From positions 16,802,001 through 16,866,000 of the forward strand of contig NC_092355.1 in assembly GCF_963676685.1 (NCBI RefSeq): a stretch of DNA of 64,000 nt. The letters are read 5' to 3'. Shown here in pieces: positions 37,327-50,815 of the stretch (position 1 is the first letter of the stretch; each line of letters starts with the position of its first letter). The position numbers were made by a program, and so were the translations under genes. The notes under the pieces were generated by a model that worked only from the letters and a program-made list of their open reading frames with translations, was not told the DNA's origin and ran no database searches. This stretch comes from Mytilus edulis (lineage: Eukaryota).

Positions 37327-40300
37327 ATGAGGTATGTAAAATCAGTTAACATGGTTTCTAAATTTAAATGTATGTTTGAACCTACATTTTACTCTGGATT
37401 CAGATACATGTATACAAATACTGTTTCAGAAAAGGGAGAAGGTTTGGAACCATTAAAACGTTTAATCCCGCTGTAATAGTTTGCACCTGTCCTAAGTCAG
37501 GAATCTGATGTTCAGTAGTTGTTTGTTTATATGGTTCTTGAGTGCTTCTCGTTTTTTTATATAGATTAGACTGTTAATTTTTCTGTTTGAATGGTTTTAC
37601 ACTAGTAATTTTTGGGGGCCTTTATAGCTTGCTGGTGTGAGGCTAGGCTCTGTGTTGAAGACCGTACCTTGACCTATAATAGTTTACTTTAATAAATTGT
37701 GACTTGGATGGAGAGCTGTCTCATTGACACTCGAGCTCATACCACATCTTCCTATACCAAATAATTTTACAAGTTACATGTACATGTATGTGTTATTTGC
37801 ATTATGATATTGACAAAAATAAAAGGTTCGTCTAGTTTGCAAATGTTATACATGTAGGACTCAAATCTATGGTGAGTGCCAAATCTGTGGCAGATCCCTA
37901 ATCTATGGCAAATGTAACGTCATGCCATCCCAAATCTATGGCAGATTTTTTACAATCCTAATCTATGGTAAGTTTTGTAGTTTCCTAGTCTTTGGCGGAT
38001 TTTTGTTGTTTCCAAATCTATGGCAGATGTTGTGCAAATGGAAAACAATGCAGTACATATACGACTAATGATTTGTCTTAAAGAAGTTGACATGAACGAC
38101 AACGGGAGCATGTCTATAAAGCTTTGCAAAATAAACAATCCATAATGGTCAAATCGTGAACAATTCGTAAATGATGAATTCATATACCTTCCAGATTTCG
38201 AGATTGAAATGGTGTGTCCCGTAAAAATAAGCATTTTCTAATCTGTGCATGGTACCTGTTTAACCTATTCATAAATCCAACTAGTTAGTCCCTTAACAAA
38301 CAAAACGGAAGTTTTTTCTCAAACAAAAATGATAAATTATAAAAGTGAACAGTTTTAGTTTTCAAATAATATTTATTTCATTGTTGATACATTTTTTAGC
38401 TCACCTGGCCCAAAGGGCCAAGTGAGCTTTTCTCATCACTTGGCGTCCAGCGTCCGGCGTCCAGCGTCTGTCGTCGTCGTCCGTCGTTAGCTTTTACAAA
38501 AATCTTCTCCTCTGAAACTACTGGGCCAATTTTTACCAAACTTGGCCACAATCATCATAGGGGTATCTAGTTTAAAAATTGTGTCCGATGACCCGGCCAA
38601 CCAACCAAGATGGCCGCCATGGCTAAAAATAGAACATAGGGGTAAAATGCAGTTTTTGGCTTATAACTCAAAAACCAAAGCATTTAGAGCAAATCTGACA
38701 TGTGTAATATTGTTCATCAGGTCAAGTTCTATCTGCCCTGAAATTTTCAGATGAATCGGACATTTCGTTGTTGGGTTGCTGCCCCTGAAATGGTAATTTT
38801 AAGGAAATTTTGCTGTTTTTGGTTATTATCTTGAATATTATTATAGATAGAGATAAACTTTAAACAGCAATAATGTTCAGCAAAGTAAGATCTACAAATA
38901 AGTCACGTGACCAAAATGGTCAGTTGACCACTTTAGGAGTAATTGCCCTTTATAGTCAATTTGTAACCATTTTTCGTCAATCTTAGTAATCTTTTAGAAA
39001 AATCTTCTCCTCTGAAACTACTTGGCCAAATTTAACCAAACTTAGCCATAATCATCATTGGGGTATCGTTAAAAAAATGTGTCCGGTAACTCGGCCAACA
39101 AACCAAGATGGCCGCCATGGCTAAAAATAGAACATGGAGGTAAAATGCAGTTTTTGGCTTATAACTCAAAAACCAAAGCATTAAGAGCAAATCTGACAGG
39201 AAGTAAAATTGTTGTTCAGGTCACGATCTATCTGCCCTGGAATTTTCAGATGAATTGGATAATCGGTTGTTAGGTTGCTGCCCCTGAATTGGTAATTTTG
39301 AGGAAATTTTGCTGTTTTTTTGTTATCTTGAATATTATTATAGATAGAGATAAACTGTAAACAGCAATAATGTACAGCAAAGTAAGAACTAAAAATAAGT
39401 CACTATGACCAAAATAGTCAATTGACCCCCTAAGGAGTTATTGCCCTTCATAGTCAATTTTTAACAATTTGAAGATTTTCAATAACATTTTCCACAGAAA
39501 GTACTGTTATAGATAGAGATAATTGTAAGCAGCAAGAATGTTTAGTAAAGTAAGATCTACAAACACATCACCATCACCAAAACACAATTTTGTCATGAAT
39601 CCATCTGTGTCCATTGTTTAATATTCTCATAGACCAAGATGAGCGACACAGGCTCTTTAGAGCCTCTAGTTTTTATTGGAAGATGATTTAAATCAAATTG
39701 GTATCCGGTAATTTTTTCTTTCACCTTAAAAACTTTGCCAGCCGTAGATAACTTATTTTCTTAAAATATCATGTACTGAAAAAGAGGTGCCAGTGTTCAT
39801 CGCAGGGTTTGGACGGTACAGCACATTCTGTCCCTCCTCCGGATAATAGGTCACAACTTCCTGTAAACCGTCCTCAAATTGTTTTCGAGGGACATATCTT
39901 CATCGGGAATGGTGCTAAAATCTATGTGTTTTGCCATCGTTAGCGGCGTTGACGATGTAATATAGCGTTATTCAATTGTGACGTTATGTGTTAAATCTGC
40001 CATAGATTTGGAGAAAACAAAAATCTGCCATAGATTTGATTAGTTTAACGTTTGTAACGTCACATTTACCATAGATTAGGAATCTGCCATAGATTTGGAA
40101 CTGGCCATAGATTTGAGTCCTACATATATATCAGATGATCTTTAATCCATGCTAAATAAAAGATATGTATACAGCTTAAACATAACATGTGTATCATAAT
40201 CATGATAAGGATTATAGCAAATTTAGAAAAAATGTCCAAAATTGAAACAAACTATTGATTAAATATCTGTGAACATGGTGAACAACAACACGACATTGTC

Positions 40301-43300
40301 TTTTATTTTGAAATTACAAACAAAAGAAACATTAAGATTTAAATAATTTACATGTATCATGTGTATAATTTAGTTTATTCTGTTTACCAGTTATCATGGT
40401 TATATATGGAATGAAATTGTGTTTAAAAGTTTAAAAACATTGATCATCAATTCATGATTATCATGATTGTTTAGATTAATATTGCTTAGAATTGAGGATC
40501 TAAAAAAAATACTGAATGTTTTTTATCTACAGGTATAGAGGAAGGTTATGTCTGAAATATCACCGACCATTTTGGAAGTTATACCTGAAGTACCTGTGTG
40601 CAGCTTGTGTCATATCCTTCACCTCAATGTTCTGTGTCACTCTAAGTGAAGGTAAGAAGTGGGGTCTCACTGAATGTCGGTTATAGTCATGCTTCATTGA
40701 TTCCATATATATATAATAATTTTGACCTTTTTTATCTTACGTTTTCCTTAACAAACAAATGATTTTGTTCCCTTAAATTTACAGATTGGACAATCAATGC
40801 ATTTGAATGGGGACATATAGTTGGAACCTCCCTGGCTGGATATGCCCCTGGATGAAAAATCTAGAGAGAATAATTTCCTGCCAAAGGAATAGGTTCAGTA
40901 AGACCCCTTTTTGGCCCCAAAATATAGCAGTTTCACAAAATAGTTAAAATGTAAACTGTTAGTTATCAATTGGAAAGTAGAATGCTTCTTGAATCTTCTT
41001 CATAAATATGACAATACAATGCACATATATTGAGTACTAGCATCATTAATGCCAAATTACTGAAATCTTCACAATTTTAGCATTTTAGTTAAATTTTTGA
41101 TGGATTCTGTCTTATATGAAAGTGGCCACATTTGTGTTCATTCTTAAAATTGAAATGTAAGTTGTATTTGATCATAAAAAACAACATATTTAAAGGTTGA
41201 GGATGAACACGGATGCAGCCACTTTCATTTTTGACAAAAAAACATCTGCAAAGTGACATTTTTTGGCATATTTGATAGATTTTTCATATTTAAGCTTGAA
41301 TCGGAGAGTTTTTAATGACTAAATCTGTAAAAATCTTTCACATAAATTAATTGAATCAACTGAAATAGACACTTAAGTGTTTAAAAAGTGTCCAAAATCT
41401 TTCGTCAGATGAACTTGAAATTTGAGACCATAATCGGCCCATACAGGACCTACTCCTTTTCAAGGGCCTATATCTTGAAAACAAGCACATGAACACTTAA
41501 TTGTTTTCTGTTTGTATAATTCCTTTATGTACTATCAATTTACATCATTCTTTGTAAAAAGCTTAACACTTGTTAATTTGAAACAGAGTAGCAAACATTC
41601 TTATTGGAATTTATTTTTATGTTTTCAGATTTAGTGGATTGGTTTGCTTCATTCCATACAAAAATTGATGTAAACAGAATTGCACAAGAATTTCAAAACG
41701 ATAAAACAAGTGAGTGGAAATAGCAACTGAAAATAAAATAATGTATTTTACACTTGGTGCATTAACATTTATGTAACATTTTCATCATGTGTTAATGAGG
41801 TTCAAAAGAGAGAGCCGGGGTGTAGTGGTTAGCGCATTGGACTTCTAACACAAACTGAGGTTCCTGGTTCCATCCCTGTTCTGCGACTCTCCCTTAACAC
41901 CACTTGTGACTTGAGAGTATGGTCTTGAGAAACAAATGATAGTGCCTAATAAGGGGACAATAAATGACTGATCTGTGTTAAGAGAGAGACATATCTCTTG
42001 CACCCTTGTAGATTTCCAAAAAGAGCAGGCTAATGCTGCTATACACATGATACACTAGGTATTAAGTAACTGACAAAGTGAAGAAAATGTGAAAATTTGA
42101 TTGATTCAAAAATGACGTTTCCAGCCATGTCTGTGCATTTAATCATGAACCTTTCAACCAAAGCTTTTCACATTTAACTATGTTGTTACTGATGACAAAA
42201 TCGAGGTAAAGGTAAATAATGGCAATTTTGACTTTTACCGTTCATAAGTTATAGGTCTTGAAAGATTGAAAAATGGTGTTTCTAATTGTGTCCGTGCTTT
42301 TGCTCATGAACCTTTCAACCAAAGCTTTTCAAATTTAAATATGTTGTTACTGATGACAAAATGATGGTCAAGTTTAATAATGGCGATTTTCACTTTTCAT
42401 GTTCAGGAGTTATGGTTCTTAATATATTGAAAAATGGTGTTTGAAGGTATCAAGTCAGGTTGTTGCATTTACTAATGAACCATTCAACCAAAGCTTTTCA
42501 AATTTTAAAATGTTGTTACTTTTGACAAAATAGAGGTCAAGTTTGATATTGAACTTTTACCATTTAGGTGTTTTTGTCCTTGTGATATTGACAAATGCCA
42601 GGCAGGACATAAATAAATGTTAAAAAATCTGGTTTACTGTCATTCTGATTCTTGTAAAGATATACATTTTTTTTTACTATCATTTTTTACATTTTCATTT
42701 TAGTTTATGAAAATACAACAGCAGCAGATGAAATGTTCAAGAAAGTCAGAATACTTTGTCTTGTAATAACAACAAGTGGCCATTTAAATAAACAGATTCC
42801 AGTTGTAAATGCTACATGGGGAACAAGATGTAATAAAATTCTTTATGTCATGTGTACAGACAAAAAACAACCAGACATATTAAATTCCTGTGATGTGACG
42901 GAATCAAAAAGTCATTTGACTCGAAAAGTTAGATTCATGTTGCGATATGTGTATCTTCATTATTTAAAGGATTACGATTGGATATTAAAGGCAGATGACG
43001 ATACATATGTGATCATGGAGAATTTAAGATTTTTATTATCATTTCATAATCCTGATTTACCTGGTTACCTAGGTTACCATTTCAATATGCATTTAAAACA
43101 AGGTTACATGAGTGGTGGGGCTGGGTATGTGATTAGTAGGTCAGGGTTGAAAAAAGTTATCGAGGTAGCATTTAAAGAAAATGGCTGCCCACCAGACGGA
43201 AAAGATGAAGATTTAGATATTGGTAAATGTCTACAGATGGCGGGTGTACCTCCGCTTGTATCATATGACAAATATGGACGTGAGACATTCCATACTGATA

Positions 43301-45509
43301 AAGTGTGGCAACATCTTTATGGAACTGTTCCCCGATACCTGAAAAAATATAGTTGGAATGGGGTAAATGATGTAAGTTTACATGTTGAATGTTGAAATAT
43401 TTATTGAAATTTTAGAATTTTCTGACTAGATTTAGATGAGACAATAAAAAGTCCTGGTACTTGCATACCTACATGGTAATGTCAACATGTTAATGTGCTG
43501 TCATGGCTGTGATTGTTTTTTGTAGGTTTTTTAATTTTTTAATGTCTTTTATTGAACATATGTCATGTATGTACAGTATGTGTTATATTTTGAATATATT
43601 CAATCCAATGTGTAAAGCTAAATCAAAATACCTATTGACAGTATTGCACATTTTGCTTTTCATGCTTTTTGAATGAATATCTTTAATTGAACATAAGTTC
43701 AGTATGTGTTTCTCAGCTCATAGTTTTTAATTTAATTTCGGATAATGGGAGATAACTCATACCACCTCAGTGAAATATATATAAAAAGATCAATGAAAAA
43801 TGTTTTTTTAACATTTTTCTGGGTAAGCTGCTTTTCAGGTGTGTAGCTATGGGCAGGTAACTATTTTAATTTGATTTTGTTGTTGGCCTTTTGTATGTTA
43901 ATAATGTAACAACTCAAATATTTCTATAAAAACATAACAAACATTTACAATGATCTTTTGTATCATTTTTTAAAGGTTTTTCTGTGCTCTTACGTTCATT
44001 TCTTGTCTAAAACATGTTACAATGTTGTTGGTCAAGAAAAATCCTTACCTTCCTACATAGCCCTACAAGGGATGCTCAAATAAGAAATTTGTTAACAGTG
44101 GCCTAATTTTTAATGATACAATGTAGTATAACATGTATAATAAAAATCAGTTCACTTTTAGTTCTTAGAACTTCTAGTTAAGAATTTGTTTTCTCTTGTT
44201 TCAATTTTTGCAATGATTGTCTATTATATACATATCAAAGACCATAATTTGACCTCTTGATGCTTTTTTAGATATTTGTTGTTTTTATAGACATCGTAAG
44301 TGTAGACATCGTTTGATTGCCTTAGATTTGAACACCATGAACACTGCACTGTTTTATGTTTTAAAAAAATTGTTAATATATATTGTCATGATTGTACACA
44401 AAACAGATTCGGTTTCCTGTCTGAGTCTTGTATCTTAGTGGTTTTTAGTCCCCTAGGGACAAGTTAAATGGGATTTTAGGTTTGCACTCTGTCTGGCTGT
44501 TTGTCTGTCCTTCAGTCCAGCAAATCAGTTTTCCATGCTTTTTATTCTTTATGCTTGAAGATATTGATTCGATATTTGGTGTATTGTTTTATCATGTTTA
44601 TCATGACCAAATAAAGATCAAGATTAAATTTTGCTCTGGTCGGAATATTTTGTACAGAGTTGTTGTCCTTTGACTTAGAAAATTCACTAAAATATTCAGT
44701 TTCCTGTCCAAGTCTTGTATCATTGTGGGTTTTAGTCCCCTACCAACCAGATGAAGGGGAATTTAGGTTTGCACTCTGTCTGTCTGTTTGTCTGTCCATC
44801 TGTCATTCTGTCTATCTTTCCGTTTGTCCAGCAAATCTGTTTTCCACTCTTTTTTGGAGTATTATTTTATCATGACAAGTTACAGATCAAGTTAAAATTT
44901 TGTCCTGGTCCGATTATTTTATGCAGACTTATGGTCTTTTGACAAAAAAATCACTAAAACAATCAGGCTCAGCCTTTTTTTCTCATGCTGAAAGATATTG
45001 ATTTGAAAACTGGTATATAGTTTTATCATGACAAGTTACAGATCAAGTTAAAATTTTGTTTCGGACTTACTTATGATTTTGTGCAGAGTTCTGGTAATTT
45101 GACTTACAAAATTCCTTAAATAATCAGTTTTCAAAACTCCTTTTCATCCTGATTGAAGATATTGACTTGATATTTGTTATACATGTATATTTAGTTGACA
45201 CCATGACAAGATCAATGATGTTATAGATCAAGTTCAAATTTTGTTCCAAAACAATGGATTTAACCAGTAGGGGGCTTTGTATTGGCATGCATTACTCACA
45301 GAATGCTTTTTAAATCTTAATCCATTGTCTTCTTTATTTTACAGGGAGGAGGTTGCTGTAGCCAGTTTTCTGTTACATTCCACCACGTTAATCCACAGAC
45401 AATGTTATTGATGCATCAAATGTTATATAGAACAAGTGTCTATGGACGACAGACTCCTACAGATATATCAGATATGTTCCATATGGCTAAAGTGCTACCA
45501 TTACTTTAA
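37327..45509 (+). CDS. C1GALT1: Glycoprotein-N-acetylgalactosamine 3-beta-galactosyltransferase 1-like (core 1 T-synthase, GT31), 345 aa, 5 coding exons
   Basis: Exons 37327-37331 (gccaaaATGAG|gt), 40533-40651 (TM segment YLCAACVISFTSMFCVTL), 41629-41709, 42704-43371 and 45345-45509 are phase-consistent GT-AG, total 1038 nt. Motifs KVRILC, TWGTRCNK, DWILKADDDTYVIMENLR, GYMSGGAGYVIS, EDLDIGKCL, CCS…TFHHV. The first micro-exon is the least certain. Confidence 0.92.
37852..40125. mobile_element. TIR element with repeated AATCTATGGCA subterminal motifs (in C1GALT1 intron)
   Basis: Perfect terminal ATGTAGGACTCAAATCTATGG / CCATAGATTTGAGTCCTACAT, with multiple mirrored AATCTATGGCAGA motifs at both ends. 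Confidence 0.85.
38393..39673 (+). mobile_element. HINE/Helentron-like element with ~500-bp internal duplication
   Basis: 5' TAGCTCACCTGGCCCAAAGGGCCAAGTGAGC hairpin; (GTC)n; AAAATCTTCTCCTCTGAAACTA at ~38499 and ~38999; 3' GATGAGCGA plus hairpin AGGCTCTTTAGAGCCT; inserted in a T-run. Confidence 0.88.
40886..41456. mobile_element. Non-autonomous TIR DNA transposon, copy 2 (inverted relative to 23539-24122)
   Basis: Reverse-complement colinear with 23539-24122. Confidence 0.85.
41812..42047 (+). mobile_element. tRNA-derived SINE (decayed)
   Basis: Head GCCGGGGTGTAGTGGTTAGCGCATTGGACTTCTAA… (A box) and GGTTCCATCCC (degenerate B box), followed by a non-tRNA body. Confidence 0.65.
42120..42590. 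repeat. ~165-bp tandem repeat, 3 degenerate units
   Basis: ATGAACC.TTCAACCAAAGCTTTTCA recurs at ~42146, ~42306 and ~42475. Confidence 0.75.
44410..45310 (+). mobile_element. Degenerate HINE-like element(s) with ~150-bp internal repeats
   Basis: Duplicated start TTTTAGTCCCCTA (44443, 44730); (TGTC)n; CATGACAAGTTACAGATCAAGTT repeats; 3' TAGGGGG. Confidence 0.65.
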
Positions 45510-46722
45510 AGTAGATGTTAAACATGTTCAACGTAAATAGAATAGACATTCAAATAGTGTTACACATGTTATATATAAGTGCAATATGGACAAATATTAT
45601 TGCATGTTATAAGGGTGTTATATACTGTATACGCATTTTGTAAAATGGCAATTATTAGCAAAGAGCATTTTTAAGATTTTAGTTTTTTTTTTCTGTCTGA
45701 CATCTAAACAAATCAAGCATTTATACACATGTAACTAGACAGTGTTTCTGATACTTTTATGTTTATGTTTCTTTTTATTGAGTCTATGCTTTAAACAAAA
45801 TGTTTTTTTTTTATACTTTCTAATTCAGAAAAAGATTTGATTCAACATTATAACGATAAATCTTACTAGAGGATTGTTATGTCCAGCTGATGAACTATTC
45901 AAGTGCAGCTTTCATTGGTCAGATATCATCATTTAATAAATTTTGTTATACTGTTGAACTACCTTTTAGGTTGTACTTTTAAATTTTATATTGTCATGGT
46001 TGTATTGTCAAATGAATACAATTGTGAACAAATGATTTATAGGGTTTCAAAAGGCTGTATATAATATGTTTTATGTTGTTGGACTCACAGGTAAGCTTAA
46101 TTACAAGAGAAAGCACCAAATTTTTAAATGCACACAACTAGCACCCAAGCTTATACTGTTTCATATAAATTTATGTGAGCATTTTTTTAGTAATTCTAAA
46201 TATTTTATCTGCTTTATAATGTCATGAATGTAATTTACCAATGGTTTTATAATTACAGCAACATTCAAAACTAGAGTTACCTTTCCTTTGTTCATAGTTG
46301 CAGTTGATAAATATCCAATTCATCATGTTTGTTATTATAATGATTTAATTTTCGATACTTAATGCAATGCAATAATATTTTGTATCCACTGGGAACTGAA
46401 TGCAATTTTTATTCTCCAGTGCTCACAATCAATTTTATTATTGAAATTTTGTACTAGGCATGCTAGGTCAATAAATTATCAAAAATGTGATTTTAAAAAA
46501 ATATTTTTTATAGTCAAAAGTGGTTGTCATCTGAACTCTAAAATGCTTAAACATGCATTATAAGTGTAATATACAAGAAAGTACTAAGGAGATGTAGTAT
46601 GCCAATGAATCATATGTAAAGTTGTCACTTGTGTTTCCATGCTTACAGGCATGTTTTTTATAATTTGCCATATATTTTCTATTTTTATTTAAGAACTTTT
46701 TATTTCATGTTTTTTATATATC

Positions 46723-47772
46723 TGTCACCAAGGTCAACTCGATAGCACTGTTAGATAAGGGGGGGCTAACTCGTTTGTGCTTGAACCAAGGGACAGGGGG
46801 TCAGTCTATCGCTAGACTTAATGTTCTGATAGGCATAGCTAAAACGCAAGGAAGGTTTTCATAATTTAATTACTGTAACAATTTAAACGAATGAAAATAA
46901 CAAATCAATTAGTAAACAATTCCAAATAATAATAATAATCTAATTAAAGTACAAAGTATCAATTCAAAATATCAATTTCCAAAGTAAAAACTATTTCTCC
47001 TTAAAATGTAAAATATAAAATAAATGCCAAAATTACTAAATCATAAAATATACTTAATCTCAAATTCAAAATGTAAAGTCTTAAAATAAAAGATTCTCAA
47101 AAGTGTTTCCAAAGTTAAATTATGAGTCAGAGATAAATTTTGTCTCACACTACACAGTCAACTGGTAGACTGGTAGACAGTCTTATAGGGCCAGTATAAT
47201 GACGTGAGTAGTGTGAGGTTACGCTTCCGAAACACTGACTAAGATCTTAAAAATTATCAAAAATAAAAGGTGAGTCAAAAATACATTTTTGTCTAAACAC
47301 TACAAAGTCAACTAGTAGACTGATCGACAGTCCTACAGTACCAGTATAATAGACTTTAGCAGTGCAAGGTTAGGTTTCCGAAAGGTGACTGATTTTCCTA
47401 ATTTTTACAACGCTATTTATATTAAAACCAAATATAAATCAATATGACTCGAAATGTAAATATTACTCTCATTAACAAAAAATAGACATTAATTAACAAA
47501 GCCTAATCCTATAATGTTTTGATTACAGCTTTGATAAAAAACGTAAACTTTCCAAGTGACATATGCTAATTACAATTAGTCTTTCAAAATTAAGTACTTT
47601 GAGCAAACTGTGACATTTCGAGTACTAATGCCACAGCATAGGTAAAATTAATTAAACAGATTAATTAAAACTTTTACAAAATACAAACATTAAATTTTCT
47701 TTCATAAAATAAAACATATTTTTATCCAAAATAACACTAACACAAATTTAAGCCAAATAACGCACCATGACA
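46723..47772. mobile_element. Probable solo LTR (~1050 bp)
   Basis: TGTCA...TGACA termini within a (TA)n context; strong strand asymmetry; internal ~150-bp direct repeat (47135-47245 / 47285-47395). Confidence 0.5.
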
Positions 47773-48112
47773 TATATATATATACCGGGTATATATAACT
47801 GGATTTTTAGATTCAGAAAATAAAAGATCATAAAAGATATAAGCTTTTCAAACATTAAGTATGCATTAATAATTTTTCATGAATATGATGATGGGAGTTT
47901 AATATGACCTTGACTGACTATACGGCCCTTGCATGGTTGTATTAGTTTTAATAAATATATCATTTAATGAGAATGAATGTGCCATACTTAGATAGTGGTC
48001 AGTCTGAACCATCTTGATGAGGGAGATCCTTATAATAGTATATCTAAGTTACTAATTTGACTTCAATCAGATTGTTTTGTCAGATAACTAAAACATGTAA
48101 TAGCATTGTAAG

Positions 48113-48489
48113 CAGGGTTTTCACTTGCGGTCGCCATTTTTTCGCAATTTGCAAAAATTATAATTGTGGCGATTAAAATCTTTTTCTTTATGATGGTCTA
48201 GAAAAGTCCACTTCTTTTAAAGTTGTTCAAACTATAATCAATTTTCCCCATAAAGTTCTCCTTTTTAAAAGATAATTGTTTAGTGTTTATTCATTACAAT
48301 GTAGACTCTAAGATAAGTTTGAGAGAATGCTCGTAGACAACAATGGGGCAAACTCATCTTATTTAGGGGGATGTTAAATAAAATTAAAGCATGTTTATGT
48401 TTCTTGGCGAAAAAAGTAATACAGTTGCGAAAAATATTGTTTTGGAGAAAAAGGTGGAGAAAAAAATAATTGACCCAGGGGAAAACCTG
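48113..48489. mobile_element. hAT-like MITE (CAGGGTTT...AAACCTG)
   Basis: CAGG termini; imperfect 8-bp TSD ATTGTAAG/ATTGTTAC. Confidence 0.65.
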
Positions 48490-49404
48490 ATTGTTACCTC
48501 TACTATATATAGCTATGACTCATAAGGGGGTAAAAAAATTCAAAGTAGAAAACTAACTGGGTAAATTATAGACAAAATAATGAAAGTGAAAACAAATGTG
48601 GTACACAGCAACAAACCACAACCACTGAATTACAGGCTACTGACTGGGGACAGGCACATAGAAAATGTGGCAGGGTTATACTGGTTATTTAGCGCCAGAT
48701 AACCCTATGTTTAATGACATGGGTCGTCATGAAAATAAATTGACTTTTACTTCATGTATGTTTTTGTTTTATGCCACTTTTATCAACCCAAACCATATCA
48801 TGGTGGCCAGTCTGTATTTGTGTAAGAAACTGGTTTTAAAATCTGCAGATCCATTCATCAGACTGTAAATTTATTTTTAACCATATATTTTTCATTTTTT
48901 TTTTTAAAGTTTTTAAATCTCGGTTAGCTTTATGGTTAGTTATAGAAATAGCCATTCAACAATAACAAAAATTGGGTTTTTGAGGTAAAATGGATGTTTA
49001 ACAAAGACAAAGAGGTTCATGGTTGGAGGAAAATGGGACATGAATTTTCAGAATCATAAATTGAGATGAGCACAATGAGGCAAATTGATTTTGTCGATTT
49101 TGCAAAAAGAAATATTGTCTGATAAAAAAGGGGGGATGATGTACTACTTCTATTACCATGATTATATCTGCCAATGGATTTAGAACTCAACTGACACATT
49201 TAACCAACTGTATATTCATATGCCTGTCATTAGTCAAGACATTCCATATTGGTAGCCCTTTCACATGTATGTTCTTTCTACGATACATTTACAACGTCTA
49301 GATCAGATTAAAGTCGTTTTCACATTAAATTTGCATTTTGGAATATCAGATGCAGGATGCAGAAAAATTATTATTGATTGTGTATGCAAGATTATGTATA
49401 GCTG

Positions 49405-49822
49405 AAGAAAAAAGGCGAAAGATCTCAAAGACACACTCAAACTCCTAATTTTGAAAATAATAAAAACTAACAAAGCTATGACTAAAAAAAATAAATCAAC
49501 AGACAATAATACACAAAACAAAACATTGAAAACTAAAGACTGAGCAACACGGAGCACATCAAAACTGAAGGTATCTCAGGTTCTAAGGAAGGGTAAGCAG
49601 ATCCTGCGCCACATGTAGCACCCATTGTCTCGGTCATGTTAGTACAAGACCCGTCTGATTTGGTAGAAAACATTTGTTGACATTGAAAAGGGGACGGGAT
49701 TGTAGTAAAGACACACGTGACATATCCGCAATCATCAGTGAAATGGATGTTCCCTTACGGTCAACCAACTCATGATGGCTAGCGTCCATAAAATTTACGA
49801 TGGGATGATTTCAACTTCACCA
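49405..49822 (-). mobile_element. Penelope-like element 3' remnant
   Basis: Minus strand reads VKLKSSHRKFYGR*(P)HELVDRKGTSIS (with an indel), resembling the RT C-terminus at 8240-8350, followed by 3' UTR-like sequence. Confidence 0.55.
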
Positions 49823-50815
49823 AATAAAACCATAATAGTTCCCCTTTGTTGATATTATTCTGTTCTGTAGGGGATTTTATCAAGGAAATATGAATTAAAA
49901 TTGTATTGCATCATTTGTATTACGAGGTTTTTATTACCAGAATTAGATCATATGTAAATATAAAGAAGTTGTGATAGCTGTGCCAATGACACAATCCTCC
50001 ATCCAAGTCCCAATTTGTAATAACAAATGCACATACATGTACATACCCTGTAATTTTCTATAGATATTTAAATGTAGTAAATTGAGAAATGATTGCGCTG
50101 TTGTTGGATTACGTATATAAAAGATCAAATCTTATAACATTTTATTGCATTATTTGTGTCCATGCACTTATTGACGCTATTTCATCCATTCTTTAAAAAA
50201 TGCAGAAATAAACGTAGATATTAAAAGTACGTCTGATTTGACAGTTTGCAATGCCTTACATGGTAATATTATATATAGATGTTAAGAGTACATTTTTACT
50301 TTGATGTTAAAATGTACACTTGTATAACATAGTGGTTCTTAAAGAGCTTCCTTATAACTTTACTATTAGAGAGTGTTATATTTTTAACCGGAAACTATCA
50401 TTTATTAACGCCCACAATTATTTCCTTAAATGTATCTTAAATATAAAAATAAGAAAATATGATATGACTGTATAATGAATTTATCAAAAATAAATAATTT
50501 GGAAAATTCTTCACAATTGGCATTTCCATAATTTCATGACGTAACATTTACAGAATTAAGTTCTGCTTTGAAAGATGCAAACAGTGGATTGTTGTTAGAT
50601 GTGGTATTTTTATTTCTAGTTGGTAATTATATTTCTCTAATTTTTGTGCAAATGATCGTTCGAAATTTAATTATGACGTTTGATTGTTTTGATTTCTTTT
50701 GAATTTTCTATTGTGACTTTCAGAAAAAAAGGCGAACATGTCTGAATAAGTCACATATAGGGAACACAACTTTCTGCTTATCTTTGGAAAGGAAGGGAAA
50801 AAATCACTACAGAAT

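Noticed and set aside
38542-39273. Two similar ORFs (PRWPPWLKIEH…)
   Set aside because: They are translations of the internal duplication of a non-coding HINE.
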